Of a stretch of DNA of 64,000 bases, positions 44,799-53,860 are shown one piece after another (within the stretch, counting starts at the first letter, position 1; each line of letters starts with the position of its first letter). Under the pieces are notes generated by a model. It did not search any database. It was not told the origin of the DNA and worked only from the letters and a program-made list of their open reading frames with translations. Source of the DNA: an uncultured Gemmatimonadales bacterium (GTDB lineage Bacteria; Gemmatimonadota; Gemmatimonadetes; Gemmatimonadales; Gemmatimonadaceae); contig CAWKNZ010000002.1 of the NCBI GenBank assembly GCA_963851265.1, forward strand, positions 1,766,486 through 1,830,485. The letters are read 5' to 3'. Position numbers and translations under genes: made by a program.

Positions 44799-45260
44799 TT
44801 ACTTCATGTCGAGATCGCGCACCTCTTCCGGCGCGCTCTGCGGCGACGAATCGCCATATGCCTCGCTGCGCGCGACCTCTTCCATCTGTGCGATGTTGGC
44901 CTCGTCGCGCCGCGTCGGCGTGTCGAACGCGCGGAACACCGAGCTGCCGCACACCTTGCACTTCATCGCGGTCGGAACCTCACCGCGGAAGAACTGCTCG
45001 GCCCCGCACGTGACGCACACCATCGTCGTCACCGACGCCATGATTGGGTTCGCCATCTGGCGCCGGAGCGCGTCGCCGCTCGCCTCCTTTTCGACGCGTC
45101 GGTCGGCATCCGGATCACCCGAATGGTCGCCGCGCCGCGTCTGCTCGTCCGACCCTTCCGGCTCGTGGCGCCCGCCCGCCGCGCCGCGCGCCGGCTTGTG
45201 CGTCTCCTCGGTGCGCTGCGGGTTGAGCGTGCTCTCGTTGTCCTTCGGCAGTTCGGCCAT
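44799..45260 (-). CDS. Hypothetical protein with central zinc ribbon
   Basis: GGAG SD upstream; CVTCG...CKVCG; charged disordered flanks. Confidence 0.7.
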   Translation of the reverse strand: MAELPKDNESTLNPQRTEETHKPARGAAGGRHEPEGSDEQTRRGDHSGDPDADRRVEKEASGDALRRQMANPIMASVTTMVCVTCGAEQFFRGEVPTAMKCKVCGSSVFRAFDTPTRRDEANIAQMEEVARSEAYGDSSPQSAPEEVRDLDMK

Positions 45261-45369
45261 GCGTAGCTCCGGTTCGGGTGCGTCGTGTGGCCCGCGCGGG
45301 GGTGCAAGACGCGTGCGCCATCACCCCCGCGAAAGCGGGGCTCCATTCGACCGCGCCGTCCGGACCCGC

Positions 45370-46356
45370 CTACCGTAACCCCATCGCCTCGCGCACCTCG
45401 ACCATCGTTTGCGCCGCGATGCCCCGGCACCGCTCGCCGCCGGCGTCGAGCGCGTCGGTGACCTGCCCAGGGTCGGCTCGCAGCGCCGCGGCGCGCCCGC
45501 GGATCGGCACCAGCTCCTGCTCCATGTGCTCGAACAGCACCTGCTTGCAGGCGATGCACCCCCACCCCGCTGTGCGACACTTCTCCGCCACCTCGTCGAC
45601 CACGGGCGGCGGCGAGAACGCCTTGTGCAGCTGATAGATGTTGCACACTTCCGGCGTCCCCGGGTCCGTCTTGCGCACGCGCGCAGGATCGGTCACCGCG
45701 GGCCGCAGCTTCGCCCAGATCGCGTCCGACGACTCCATCAGCCCGATCGTGTTCCCGAGCGATTTCGACATCTTCGACTGCCCGTCGAGCCCCATGATGC
45801 GGCGCGTCGGTGCGAGTAACGCTTGCGGCTCGGGGAAGTACGGGCGGTCCTCCGGCGCGAACCGCGCGTTCCACTTGCGTGCGATCTCTCGCGAAAGCTC
45901 GAGGTGCTGCACCTGGTCTTCCCCGACCGGCACTGCGTCGGCTCGGTAGAGCAGGATGTCCGCCGCCTGAAGCACCGGGTACGTGAGCACCCCGACGACC
46001 ACGCTTTCCTGCCGCGCCACGCGGTCCTTGTACTGCGTCTGCCGCTCCAGCTCACCGATGGGCGTGATCGTGTTGAAGATCCACGCCAGCTCGGTGTGCG
46101 CCGGCACGTCGCTCTGCCGATAGAGTGTCGCGCGGGTCGGATCGATCCCCGACGCGAGCAGCGAGAGCGCCATGTCGAACGTGCGGCGCCTGAGCGACTC
46201 GGGATCGTAGTTTCCCGTCAGCGCGTGGTAATCGACGATGCAGAAGATCGAGCCCGCGTACTCGCCCTGCAGCCGCACCCAGTTCTGCACCGCACCGAGG
46301 TAGTTGCCGATGTGCAGCTCGCCCGACGGCTGGATTCCGCTGTAGATCCGTGACAT
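45370..46356 (-). CDS. trpS: Tryptophan--tRNA ligase
   Basis: SGIQPSG, HIGN, YPVLQAADIL, VPVGEDQ, KMSKS. Confidence 0.98.
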   Translation of the reverse strand: MSRIYSGIQPSGELHIGNYLGAVQNWVRLQGEYAGSIFCIVDYHALTGNYDPESLRRRTFDMALSLLASGIDPTRATLYRQSDVPAHTELAWIFNTITPIGELERQTQYKDRVARQESVVVGVLTYPVLQAADILLYRADAVPVGEDQVQHLELSREIARKWNARFAPEDRPYFPEPQALLAPTRRIMGLDGQSKMSKSLGNTIGLMESSDAIWAKLRPAVTDPARVRKTDPGTPEVCNIYQLHKAFSPPPVVDEVAEKCRTAGWGCIACKQVLFEHMEQELVPIRGRAAALRADPGQVTDALDAGGERCRGIAAQTMVEVREAMGLR

Positions 46357-46399
46357 GCGCGCAAGCTACACCGCGCGCGAATGCCCTTCGCTCACCCAC

Positions 46400-47248
46400 A
46401 TGACACCGCCATCGACCGGCCGGCTGCCCGATCTCGCGGCGCTCGAGCTGACCATGCGCGACGCCGCCGCCCGCGCCGCCGCCTTCATCGCCGAGCGCGC
46501 CGCGACGCGCGCGACCCTCACATGGGAGCACAAGGGCCCCGCCGACTTCGTCAGCGAGGTCGACCTCGGTGCCGAGCAGCGCGTGCGCGACGTCTTGCTC
46601 GGCGCCTACCCCGACGCCGCATTCCTCGGGGAGGAGTCGTACGACCCCGCCGCGGGCCTCGGCCCCGGCCTCGGCTTCGTCGTCGACCCGCTCGACGGCA
46701 CGACCAACTTCCTGCACGGCTTTCCGTGGTACGCCGTCTCGATTGGCGCCACCTACGCGGGCCAGCCGATCGGAGGCGTCGTCCACAACGCGGCCACCGG
46801 CGAGGTCTTCTCGGCGACGAGGGGCGGCGGTGCCCACCGTCGCGCGACCCCGTTAGCGCCGCCCGAGCCGATCGCGGTCTCGCGCATCACCGACCCTGCG
46901 CGTGCCCTCATCGGCAGCGGCTTCCCCTTCAAGAACCACGACGAGATTCCGCGCTACGCGGCGCAGTTTGGCGCCGTCACGCGCGCGACCGCCGGGATCC
47001 GCCGCGCCGGGTCCGCCGCGCTCGATCTGTGCGACGTGGCCTGTGGCCGCTTCGACGCGTTCTGGGAACTCAACCTCTCGCCGTGGGATCTCGCGGCCGG
47101 CCTGATCATCATCCGCGAAGCCGGCGGGATCACGACCACGCCGGACGGCGACGAGGCCCAGATCTCCCACAACGGTCTCTGCGTGGGCAGCCCGACCATG
47201 CACGCGTGGCTGCTGGCGACGCTTCGGAGCGCCGACGCCAGCACCTGA
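46400..47248 (+). CDS. suhB: Inositol monophosphatase family protein
   Basis: DFVSEVD, GEE, DPLDGTTNF, RRAGSAALDL, WDLAAG. Confidence 0.9.
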   Translation: MTPPSTGRLPDLAALELTMRDAAARAAAFIAERAATRATLTWEHKGPADFVSEVDLGAEQRVRDVLLGAYPDAAFLGEESYDPAAGLGPGLGFVVDPLDGTTNFLHGFPWYAVSIGATYAGQPIGGVVHNAATGEVFSATRGGGAHRRATPLAPPEPIAVSRITDPARALIGSGFPFKNHDEIPRYAAQFGAVTRATAGIRRAGSAALDLCDVACGRFDAFWELNLSPWDLAAGLIIIREAGGITTTPDGDEAQISHNGLCVGSPTMHAWLLATLRSADAST

Positions 47249-47303
47249 CGGGACCGGCGGCGGTACGCGCTCCGGGTCGACCGCGGTCTCGCCGTTCGGC
47301 GCG

Positions 47304-48122
47304 CTACCGCGCGCCGAGCGCAGCTGCCGCCACCCCGCCCCGCTCTGCCCCGAGCGTCAGGATCCGCGGTCCCTGCTCCGTGATCGCCACCGTGTGCTCG
47401 AAGTGCGCCGATCGCTTCCCGTCCACGGTCACGACCGTCCATCTATCTGAGAGCGTCCGGGTCCCAGCTTTCCCGGCGTTCACCATCGGCTCGATCGCGA
47501 TCGTGAGCCCCGGCGAGAGCTGAGGGCCGCGCTTCGGCTTCCCGTGATTCGGCACCTGCGGATCTTCGTGCGGCCCGCGTCCGACGCCGTGGCCCACGAG
47601 TTCCCGGACCACGGAGAACCCGGCGCGTTCGACCACGGTCTGGACCGCATGCCCGATGTCGCCGACGTGGTTGCCGACCTGCGCCGCCGCGATCCCCGCC
47701 GCGAGCGCCGCCTCGGTCACGTCGAGCAGCTGCTGGTCCGCCGCCGAGATCTGCCCTACCGCCACGGTCAACGCGGAGTCCGTGTACATCCCCTCGTACT
47801 TGACGCCCGTGTCGAGCGAGATGATGTCCCCCTCCGCGAGCACCCGCTTCCGCGACGGGATGCCGTGCACGATCTCGTGGTTGATCGACGTCAGCACGCT
47901 TCCAGGGAATCCGTAGAGCCCTTTGAACGACGGCGTCGCCCCCGCGTGCGAGCGGATGAACTCCTCGCCGATGCGGTCGAGCTCGCCCGTCGTCACGCCC
48001 GGACGCACCGCCGCCGCGAGCACGGCGAGCGTGGCCGCGAGGATCCGCCCGCCGGCCTGCATGGTGTCGAGTTCGCGCGCGCTCTTGAGCTGGATCCCGC
48101 CGCGCGCCGCCGCCGTCGTCAC
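47304..48122 (-). CDS. map: Methionine aminopeptidase type I
   Basis: SINHEIVHGIP, DTG...DSA, GHGVG, HEDP, AIEPM, SAHFEHT. Confidence 0.97.
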   Translation of the reverse strand: MTTAAARGGIQLKSARELDTMQAGGRILAATLAVLAAAVRPGVTTGELDRIGEEFIRSHAGATPSFKGLYGFPGSVLTSINHEIVHGIPSRKRVLAEGDIISLDTGVKYEGMYTDSALTVAVGQISAADQQLLDVTEAALAAGIAAAQVGNHVGDIGHAVQTVVERAGFSVVRELVGHGVGRGPHEDPQVPNHGKPKRGPQLSPGLTIAIEPMVNAGKAGTRTLSDRWTVVTVDGKRSAHFEHTVAITEQGPRILTLGAERGGVAAAALGAR

Positions 48123-48129
48123 GCCGCGC

Positions 48130-48786
48130 TCACGCCGCGCGGACGCCGGGGATGCCTAACGCCTTGAGCGCCCGCTCGGTGACCTCGTCCACGTCGCCCA
48201 CGGCGTCGATCGTCGCCACCACCGCCCCGTCGTGCTCGTACCACGCCAGCACCGGCAGCGTCTGCGCCCGGTACACGTCGAGCCGCGTGCGCACCGCCGC
48301 GGGCTCGTCGTCCGCGCGCCGCACGAGCGTACCGTCCGCGCACGTCGGGCAGTGCGACCCGGGTTCGAGGCCGGTGAACGGCTGCTGCGTCCGGTCGCAC
48401 ACCACCCGCGCCGACGTGCGCCGCACGATCTCCTCGTCGTCGATGTCGAACACGAGCACCGCGTCGAGCGCGCGCCCGAGTTCGTCGAGGACGCGCGCGA
48501 GCCCTTCCGCCTGCGGGACCGTGCGCACGACGCCGTCCAGCACCGCACCGCGCGCGAACTGCGGCATCGCGAGCGTCTCCTTCACGATCCCGAGGATCAC
48601 GGGGTCGGGCACGAGCTGCCCGCCCTCCATGTACCGCTTCGCCTCGAGCCCGAGCGGCGTGCCCGCCTTGAGGGCGGCGCGCAGCACGTCCCCCGTCGCG
48701 AGGATCGGCGCGCCGAGCGCCTCCGCCAGCCGCGGCGCCTGCGTGCCCTTCCCGGCGCCGGGTTTCCCGAATAGAACGACGATCAT
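48130..48786 (-). CDS. adk: Adenylate kinase
   Basis: GKPGAGKGTQ, TGDVLR, LDGVVR, RADD. Confidence 0.95.
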   Translation of the reverse strand: MIVVLFGKPGAGKGTQAPRLAEALGAPILATGDVLRAALKAGTPLGLEAKRYMEGGQLVPDPVILGIVKETLAMPQFARGAVLDGVVRTVPQAEGLARVLDELGRALDAVLVFDIDDEEIVRRTSARVVCDRTQQPFTGLEPGSHCPTCADGTLVRRADDEPAAVRTRLDVYRAQTLPVLAWYEHDGAVVATIDAVGDVDEVTERALKALGIPGVRAA

Positions 48787-48799
48787 TGCGACGCGCCCC

Positions 48800-50140
48800 T
48801 CAGAACGCGCCGGCCGCGCCCTGGGCGCCGCGGGAGCGCACGCGCCCCTTCTTCATGAAGCCGTCGTACTTGCGCAGCAACAGGTGCTGCTGCATCTGCG
48901 TCATCGTGTCGAGCGCCACGCCCACTACGATCAGCAACGACGTCCCGCCGAACTGGAACGGCACGTTGATCAGCTTCGCGATCGCGACCGGCAGCAGCGC
49001 GATCGCCGTGAGGAAAATCGCGCCCGGGAAGGTGATCCGCTCGACCACCTGCTCGATGTACTCGGCCGTCTTCGCCCCCGGCCGCACGCCCGGCACGAAC
49101 CCGCCCTGCTTCTTCAGGTTCTCGGCCAGATCGACCGGGTTGAAGATGATCGACGTGTAGAAGTACGTGAACACCACGATCAGGATGGCCGACAGTAGGA
49201 AGTAGAGCCAGGTCCCCGGCTGCAGGTACTCGGCCACGTTCTTGAGCGCCTGCACGTTGCTGAACTGCGCCGCGGCGCCCGGCACCACGATCACGCTCTG
49301 CGCGAAGATGATCGGCATCACGCCCGCCGTGTTGATGCGCAGCGGGATGAAGTTCTTCGCCGCCTCACGCATGCGCCCCTTGGCCATGGTACGCTGCGGG
49401 ATCTGCACCATCACGCGCCGCGCGGCGACCGTGATCGCGACCACGCCGGCCACCACGCCCACCATCACCGCGGCGAGCACCACCAGGGAGAGCGGCGACA
49501 CGGCGCCCGTCGACACGAAGCGGAACGTGTCGAGGATCCCCGGCCAGAAGCGCTCGACGATCGAGAAGAAGATGAGGAGCGACGCGCCGTTCCCCAGCCC
49601 GCGCTCCGTGATCTGCTCGCCCAGCCACATCACGAACACCGCGCCGGCGGTCAGGAACAGCACCATCGGGAGCACGAACGTCCAGAAGCCCGGGCGCACC
49701 ACGGCGCCGGGCAGCCCCTGCGTGAACAGGGCGAACCCGTAGCCCTGCACCACCGCGAGCGCGACGGTCAGGTACCGCGACCACTGCGTCAGCTTCTTCC
49801 GGCCGTCCTCGTCCTTCTGCATCTTGTCGACCTGCGGCACCACCGCGCCGGCGATCTGCACGAAGATGCTCGACGAGATGTAGGGCATGATGCCTAACGC
49901 GAAGACCGTCGCGCGCGACAGCCCGCCGCCCACGAACAGGTCGTACAGCCCGAGCAGCCCGCCGCCGCCCCGCTGGTTGGCGAAGTAGTCGGTGATCGCC
50001 TGGACGTCGACGCCCGGCACGGTCACGTGCGCGCCCGCGCGGTACACGAGCAGGCAGACGAACGTGAACACGATCTTCTGCCAGAGCTCGGGCGTCTTGT
50101 AGATGTTCGTGAGCGCCTCGGCGGGGTTGGACTGGGCCAC
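48800..50140 (-). CDS. secY: Preprotein translocase subunit SecY
   Basis: FALGIMPYI, WLGEQITERGLGNG, GVMPIIFA, FGGTSLLIVVGV. Confidence 0.98.
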   Translation of the reverse strand: MAQSNPAEALTNIYKTPELWQKIVFTFVCLLVYRAGAHVTVPGVDVQAITDYFANQRGGGGLLGLYDLFVGGGLSRATVFALGIMPYISSSIFVQIAGAVVPQVDKMQKDEDGRKKLTQWSRYLTVALAVVQGYGFALFTQGLPGAVVRPGFWTFVLPMVLFLTAGAVFVMWLGEQITERGLGNGASLLIFFSIVERFWPGILDTFRFVSTGAVSPLSLVVLAAVMVGVVAGVVAITVAARRVMVQIPQRTMAKGRMREAAKNFIPLRINTAGVMPIIFAQSVIVVPGAAAQFSNVQALKNVAEYLQPGTWLYFLLSAILIVVFTYFYTSIIFNPVDLAENLKKQGGFVPGVRPGAKTAEYIEQVVERITFPGAIFLTAIALLPVAIAKLINVPFQFGGTSLLIVVGVALDTMTQMQQHLLLRKYDGFMKKGRVRSRGAQGAAGAF

Positions 50141-50225
50141 CGGAAACCTCGAAAGCATGCGGGAAGGGCGCCGCGCGACGGTGACCGCGCGCGCCTGAAG
50201 AGAGACCTACGAATCTATACGGCAA

Positions 50226-50259
50226 CGGGCCGCCGCCCCCGGTCGGAGGCGGCGGCCCG
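50226..50259. other. GC-rich hairpin between rplO and secY (possible terminator or processing site)
   Basis: CGGGCCGCCGCC...GGCGGCGGCCCG 12-bp stem; TAGATT -10-like hexamer just downstream on the minus strand. Confidence 0.5.
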
Positions 50260-50295
50260 ACAGCGCCGCCGGAGCGGCGCCGCGCCCGACGAGCG

Positions 50296-50811
50296 CTACT
50301 CCTCGACCCGGCCGCCGGCCGCTTCGATCTTGGCGCGCGCGCCCTCGCTCACCTTGAGCCCGCGCACGGTCACGGCCGCGTCGATCTCACCGTTCGAGAG
50401 CACCTTCGCCGGCCCGCGGTTGGCGCGCACGGCGCCCACCGCGATCAGCAGGTCCATCGTCACCTCGCCGTTTTCCGCGAGCTGCGCGATCTGGGCGAGG
50501 TCGCCGAGCCGCACGCGCTGGTTCTCGGTGCGGAACTGCGTGTTGTTGAAGCCCTTCTTGGGCAGCCGGCGCGTGAGCGGCATCTGGCCGCCCTCGAAGC
50601 CGGGCTTGCCGCCGCCCGGGCCGCCGTGCCCCGAACGCGCCATCGAGCCCTTGTGACCTTTACCCGCCGTCTTGCCCGTGCCCGAACCCGGGCCGCGACC
50701 GAGGCGCTTGCGCGCCCGGTGCGACGCCGGCGCCGGCGACAGGTTGTGCAGGCCGATCTTCCCCATCGGGAGAAGGCCGGCCACGTCGGCCGTGGTGTTG
50801 CGCTCAGCCAT
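50296..50811 (-). CDS. rplO: 50S ribosomal protein L15
   Basis: RLGRGPGSGTGKT, GFEGGQMPL.RRLPK. Confidence 0.97.
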   Translation of the reverse strand: MAERNTTADVAGLLPMGKIGLHNLSPAPASHRARKRLGRGPGSGTGKTAGKGHKGSMARSGHGGPGGGKPGFEGGQMPLTRRLPKKGFNNTQFRTENQRVRLGDLAQIAQLAENGEVTMDLLIAVGAVRANRGPAKVLSNGEIDAAVTVRGLKVSEGARAKIEAAGGRVEE

Positions 50812-51073
50812 TGGTCGTACCTCCCTCAACGGCGGTCACCTGGATCAGGTGCCGCACCTGCTTGAGCTGGCCCCGCAGCGACGGCGAGTCCGGCTTGACG
50901 ATGGTCTGCTGATGGTGCCGCAGGCCGAGCGCTTCGAGCGTGCGGCGCATGCGCCACGAGTGCCCGATCGACGAGCGCACCTGCGTGATCTGGAGCTGGC
51001 CCAGCGACGCCGGGGGCAGCTTCGCCGTCTGCTTCGGCCCCTTGCCCGGGTGCCAGACGAATGTACGCGGCAT
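50804..51073 (-). CDS. rpmD: 50S ribosomal protein L30
   Basis: ITQVRSSIG...TLEALGLR; located between rpsE and rplO. Confidence 0.95.
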   Translation of the reverse strand: MPRTFVWHPGKGPKQTAKLPPASLGQLQITQVRSSIGHSWRMRRTLEALGLRHHQQTIVKPDSPSLRGQLKQVRHLIQVTAVEGGTTNG

Positions 51074-51075
51074 CG

Positions 51076-52038
51076 TTAGACGGCCTCCACCGCGGACGCG
51101 CTCGTGGTCTCCGTCCGGCGCGTCAGCGCGCGCGCACGGTAGCCGATCTGCGCGACCTCGAGTCCGCGCTCGCGCGCGATCTGGTCCACGGTCGTCAGCT
51201 GCGCGAGCCCGTCCATCGCCGCCCGCACCATGTTGTGCGGGTTCGTCGAGCCGAGGCTCTTCGTGAGGATGTCCGAGATGCCCGCGCACTCCATGATCGC
51301 GCGCACCGCGCCGCCTGCGATCACGCCGGCGCCCGGCGCGGCCGGCTTCATGAGGACCTTGCCCGCGCCGTGCTCGCCGACCACCTCGTGGGGGATCGTC
51401 GCGCCCGTGAGCGGCACCGACACCATGTTGCGGCGCGCGCCGTCGACCGCCTTCCGCACGGCCTCCGACACTTCGTTCGCCTTGCCCGTCGCGTAGCCGA
51501 CACGCCCTGCGCCGTCGCCCACCGCGACGAGCGCGTTGAACGAGAAACGCCGACCGCCCTTGACGACCTTCGCGACGCGGTTGATCGCGACCACGTTCTC
51601 GACGAGGTCACTCCCCTCGCGGTCCTGTCGCTGGTCACCGCCGCGCCCGCCGTCACGCCCGCGCCGCTCGCCGCCCGGCCCACCGGGGCCGCCACGACCG
51701 CCGGGGCCGCCCGGACCGCCACGCCCGCCGGGACCACCAGGCCCGCGGCCGCCCGGGCCACCCGGCCCGCGCCCACCACCGAACCCGCCGCCCGGACCGC
51801 CGCGTCCACCGCCGGGGCCGCCGCGACCGGGGCCGCCACCGGGCCCACGCCCGCCGCCGAAGCCACCGCCGCCGCCACCACCGCGCGGGCCGCCGCCGCC
51901 ACCGGGGCCGCGCGGGCCACCGCCGAAGCCGCCGCCGCCGGTGTTGCCACCGAAGCTGCGCGTCTGGCCGCCGGTCGATCCGCCGGCGCCGCTGCTGCCG
52001 CCGCTCCGCGGCGGCCGATCCCCTGAATTCTCCGCCAT
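51076..52038 (-). CDS. rpsE: 30S ribosomal protein S5 with ~140-aa Gly/Arg/Pro-rich N-terminal extension
   Basis: [30 protein letters not shown]. Confidence 0.98.
   Translation of the reverse strand: MAENSGDRPPRSGGSSGAGGSTGGQTRSFGGNTGGGGFGGGPRGPGGGGGPRGGGGGGGFGGGRGPGGGPGRGGPGGGRGGPGGGFGGGRGPGGPGGRGPGGPGGRGGPGGPGGRGGPGGPGGERRGRDGGRGGDQRQDREGSDLVENVVAINRVAKVVKGGRRFSFNALVAVGDGAGRVGYATGKANEVSEAVRKAVDGARRNMVSVPLTGATIPHEVVGEHGAGKVLMKPAAPGAGVIAGGAVRAIMECAGISDILTKSLGSTNPHNMVRAAMDGLAQLTTVDQIARERGLEVAQIGYRARALTRRTETTSASAVEAV
51660..51935 (-). repeat. Low-complexity coding repeats (GGPGGRG / GGFGGG units) in rpsE
   Basis: Repeated GPGG, RGG and FGGG peptides with synonymous codon variation. Confidence 0.85.
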
Positions 52039-52039
52039 G

Positions 52040-52396
52040 TTAGAACTCCAACCCGCCCTCGCGGGCGCCGTCGGCCACCGCCTTCACGCGGCCGTGGTAC
52101 TGGTAGCCGGCGCGGTCGAACACCACGCGCGTAATGCCGGCTGCCTTGGCCCGCTCGGCGACCTGACGGCCGACCTGCGCGCTCTTGTCGCTCTTCTTCC
52201 CCTCGAACTTGATGTCCGTGACGGTGAAGAGCGTGCGCCCCGTCGTGTCGTCGACGATCTGCGCGGTGATGTGCTTCAACGAACGGTACACGACCAGGCG
52301 CGGACGCTCGGCGGTGCCGCTCAACGCCTTCCGCACGCGCAGGTGACGCCGCTTGCGCAGCTCCTGGCGCGTCTTCGGAATCGGAATCCTCGGCAT
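52040..52396 (-). CDS. rplR: 50S ribosomal protein L18
   Basis: [23 protein letters not shown]. Confidence 0.97.
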   Translation of the reverse strand: MPRIPIPKTRQELRKRRHLRVRKALSGTAERPRLVVYRSLKHITAQIVDDTTGRTLFTVTDIKFEGKKSDKSAQVGRQVAERAKAAGITRVVFDRAGYQYHGRVKAVADGAREGGLEF

Positions 52397-52944
52397 TACT
52401 TACCTCCCGCCTTGCCGGCCTTGCCCGCCTTGCGGCGAACCGTCTCGCCCTGATACTTGACGCCCTTGCCCTTGTAGGGCTCCGGCGGACGCAGCGACCG
52501 GATCTCGGCCGCCACCTGCCCCACGACTTCCTTGTCCGCCCCGTCCACGACCACCGTCGTCGGGTTCGTCGCGGTCAGCTTGATCCCCGTCGGCGCCTTG
52601 AACTCGATGGCGTGCGAGAATCCGAGCGCGAGCTGCAGCCCGTAGGGCCGCGTCTCCGCCTTGTAGCCGACGCCGACGATCTCGAGCGTCTTCTGGAAGC
52701 CCTTCGTCACGCCCTCGACCATGTTGTTCACGAGCGAGCGCGTGAGGCCGTGCAGCGCCTTGTGCTGCGGGTCGTCCGACGGGCGGGTCACCACCAGCCG
52801 GCCGTCCTCCTGCGACACCGTGATCACCTCGGGCAGCGCGCGCGACAGCTCCCCGCGCGGGCCCTTCACCGTGATCCGGTTCCCCTGCTGCGACACCGTG
52901 ACGCCGTTAGGCATGCTCACGGGCAGCTTTCCGATACGCGACAT
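52396..52944 (-). CDS. rplF: 50S ribosomal protein L6
   Basis: [22 protein letters not shown]. Confidence 0.98.
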   Translation of the reverse strand: MSRIGKLPVSMPNGVTVSQQGNRITVKGPRGELSRALPEVITVSQEDGRLVVTRPSDDPQHKALHGLTRSLVNNMVEGVTKGFQKTLEIVGVGYKAETRPYGLQLALGFSHAIEFKAPTGIKLTATNPTTVVVDGADKEVVGQVAAEIRSLRPPEPYKGKGVKYQGETVRRKAGKAGKAGGK

Positions 52945-52955
52945 GTGGGGGCTCC

Positions 52956-53357
52956 TTACCAGACGAGGGCGAGGAGCTCGCCGCCGGTGCGCTGCACGCG
53001 CGCCTGGCGGTCGGAGAGCACGCCCTGGGACGTGCTGAGAATCGCGATCCCGAGCCCGTTGCGGACCCGCGGGATCTCGGTCACGCCGACGTAGCGGCGG
53101 AGCCCCGGGGTCGACACGCGCTGGAGCTCGCGGATGACCGGCGCGCCGCCGGCAGCGTACTTCAGGACGACGCGCAGCGCCTGGAAACCGTCTTCCGTCT
53201 CCACCAGGCGATAGTCCTGGATGAAGTTGTGCTCCTTGAGGAGCCGCGCGATCTCGACTTTCATCTTCGACGCCGGCATGTCCACGCGCCGGTGCTTGCT
53301 CGTGCAAGCGTTCCGGATCCGCGTGAGCATGTCGGCGATCGGGTCGGTCATGCTCAT
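52956..53357 (-). CDS. rpsH: 30S ribosomal protein S8
   Basis: DPIADMLTRIRN, STPGLRRY, GGELL. Confidence 0.98.
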   Translation of the reverse strand: MSMTDPIADMLTRIRNACTSKHRRVDMPASKMKVEIARLLKEHNFIQDYRLVETEDGFQALRVVLKYAAGGAPVIRELQRVSTPGLRRYVGVTEIPRVRNGLGIAILSTSQGVLSDRQARVQRTGGELLALVW

Positions 53358-53363
53358 GAATGG

Positions 53364-53395
53364 TCCTATGGTATCCCGGATCGGGACCTGTAGGA
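53364..53395 (-). promoter_or_regulatory. Putative S8-binding autoregulatory hairpin overlapping the rpsH SD
   Basis: Minus strand UCCUAC-AGGUC-CCGAUCCGG-GAUACC-AUAGGA resembles the 16S h21 core AAGUC/GAUACU; SD AGGA is in the stem. Confidence 0.6.
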
Positions 53396-53463
53396 TGGGG
53401 AGCGACGGCCCAGCGTGTCGCTCGACGAGGCGCCCCTCGTGGGCGCCTCTCGTAGATCAGGCG

Positions 53464-53769
53464 CTACCAGCTCGCCTTGGTGACGCCCGGGATGAGCCCC
53501 TGCAGCGCCATCTCGCGGAACGCGATGCGCGAGAGTCCGAACTGCCGCAGGAACGCGCGCGGACGCCCGGTCATCGCGCACCGGTTCTTGTAGCGCGTCG
53601 GCGACGAGTCGCGCGGCAGCTTGCGCAGCGCGGTGTACGCCGTCTGCCGGTCGTCGTCACTCGTCGCCACGTTGCGGATCGTCGCCCGGAGCGCCGCACG
53701 CTTCTCCGCGTACTTCGAGATGAGCGCGGTGCGCTGCTGGTTCCGAACGATCTTGCTCGTCTTGGCCAT
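53464..53769 (-). CDS. rpsN: 30S ribosomal protein S14, long zinc-independent form (101 aa)
   Basis: [21 protein letters not shown]...GLSRIAFRE; only one Cys. Confidence 0.97.
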   Translation of the reverse strand: MAKTSKIVRNQQRTALISKYAEKRAALRATIRNVATSDDDRQTAYTALRKLPRDSSPTRYKNRCAMTGRPRAFLRQFGLSRIAFREMALQGLIPGVTKASW

Positions 53770-53860
53770 GACTCTGGAAAGAGCGGGTGAAGCGTGAAGC
53801 GCGCCGGCCCGGAGCAGAAGCCCCGTTCCGGCGCAGCCCCACAATTTATGCGGCCGCCGC

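Noticed and set aside
51660..51935. CRISPR-like or VNTR repeat array
   Set aside because: Imperfect in-frame Gly-rich coding repeats within rpsE, with no constant repeat-spacer structure and no cas genes
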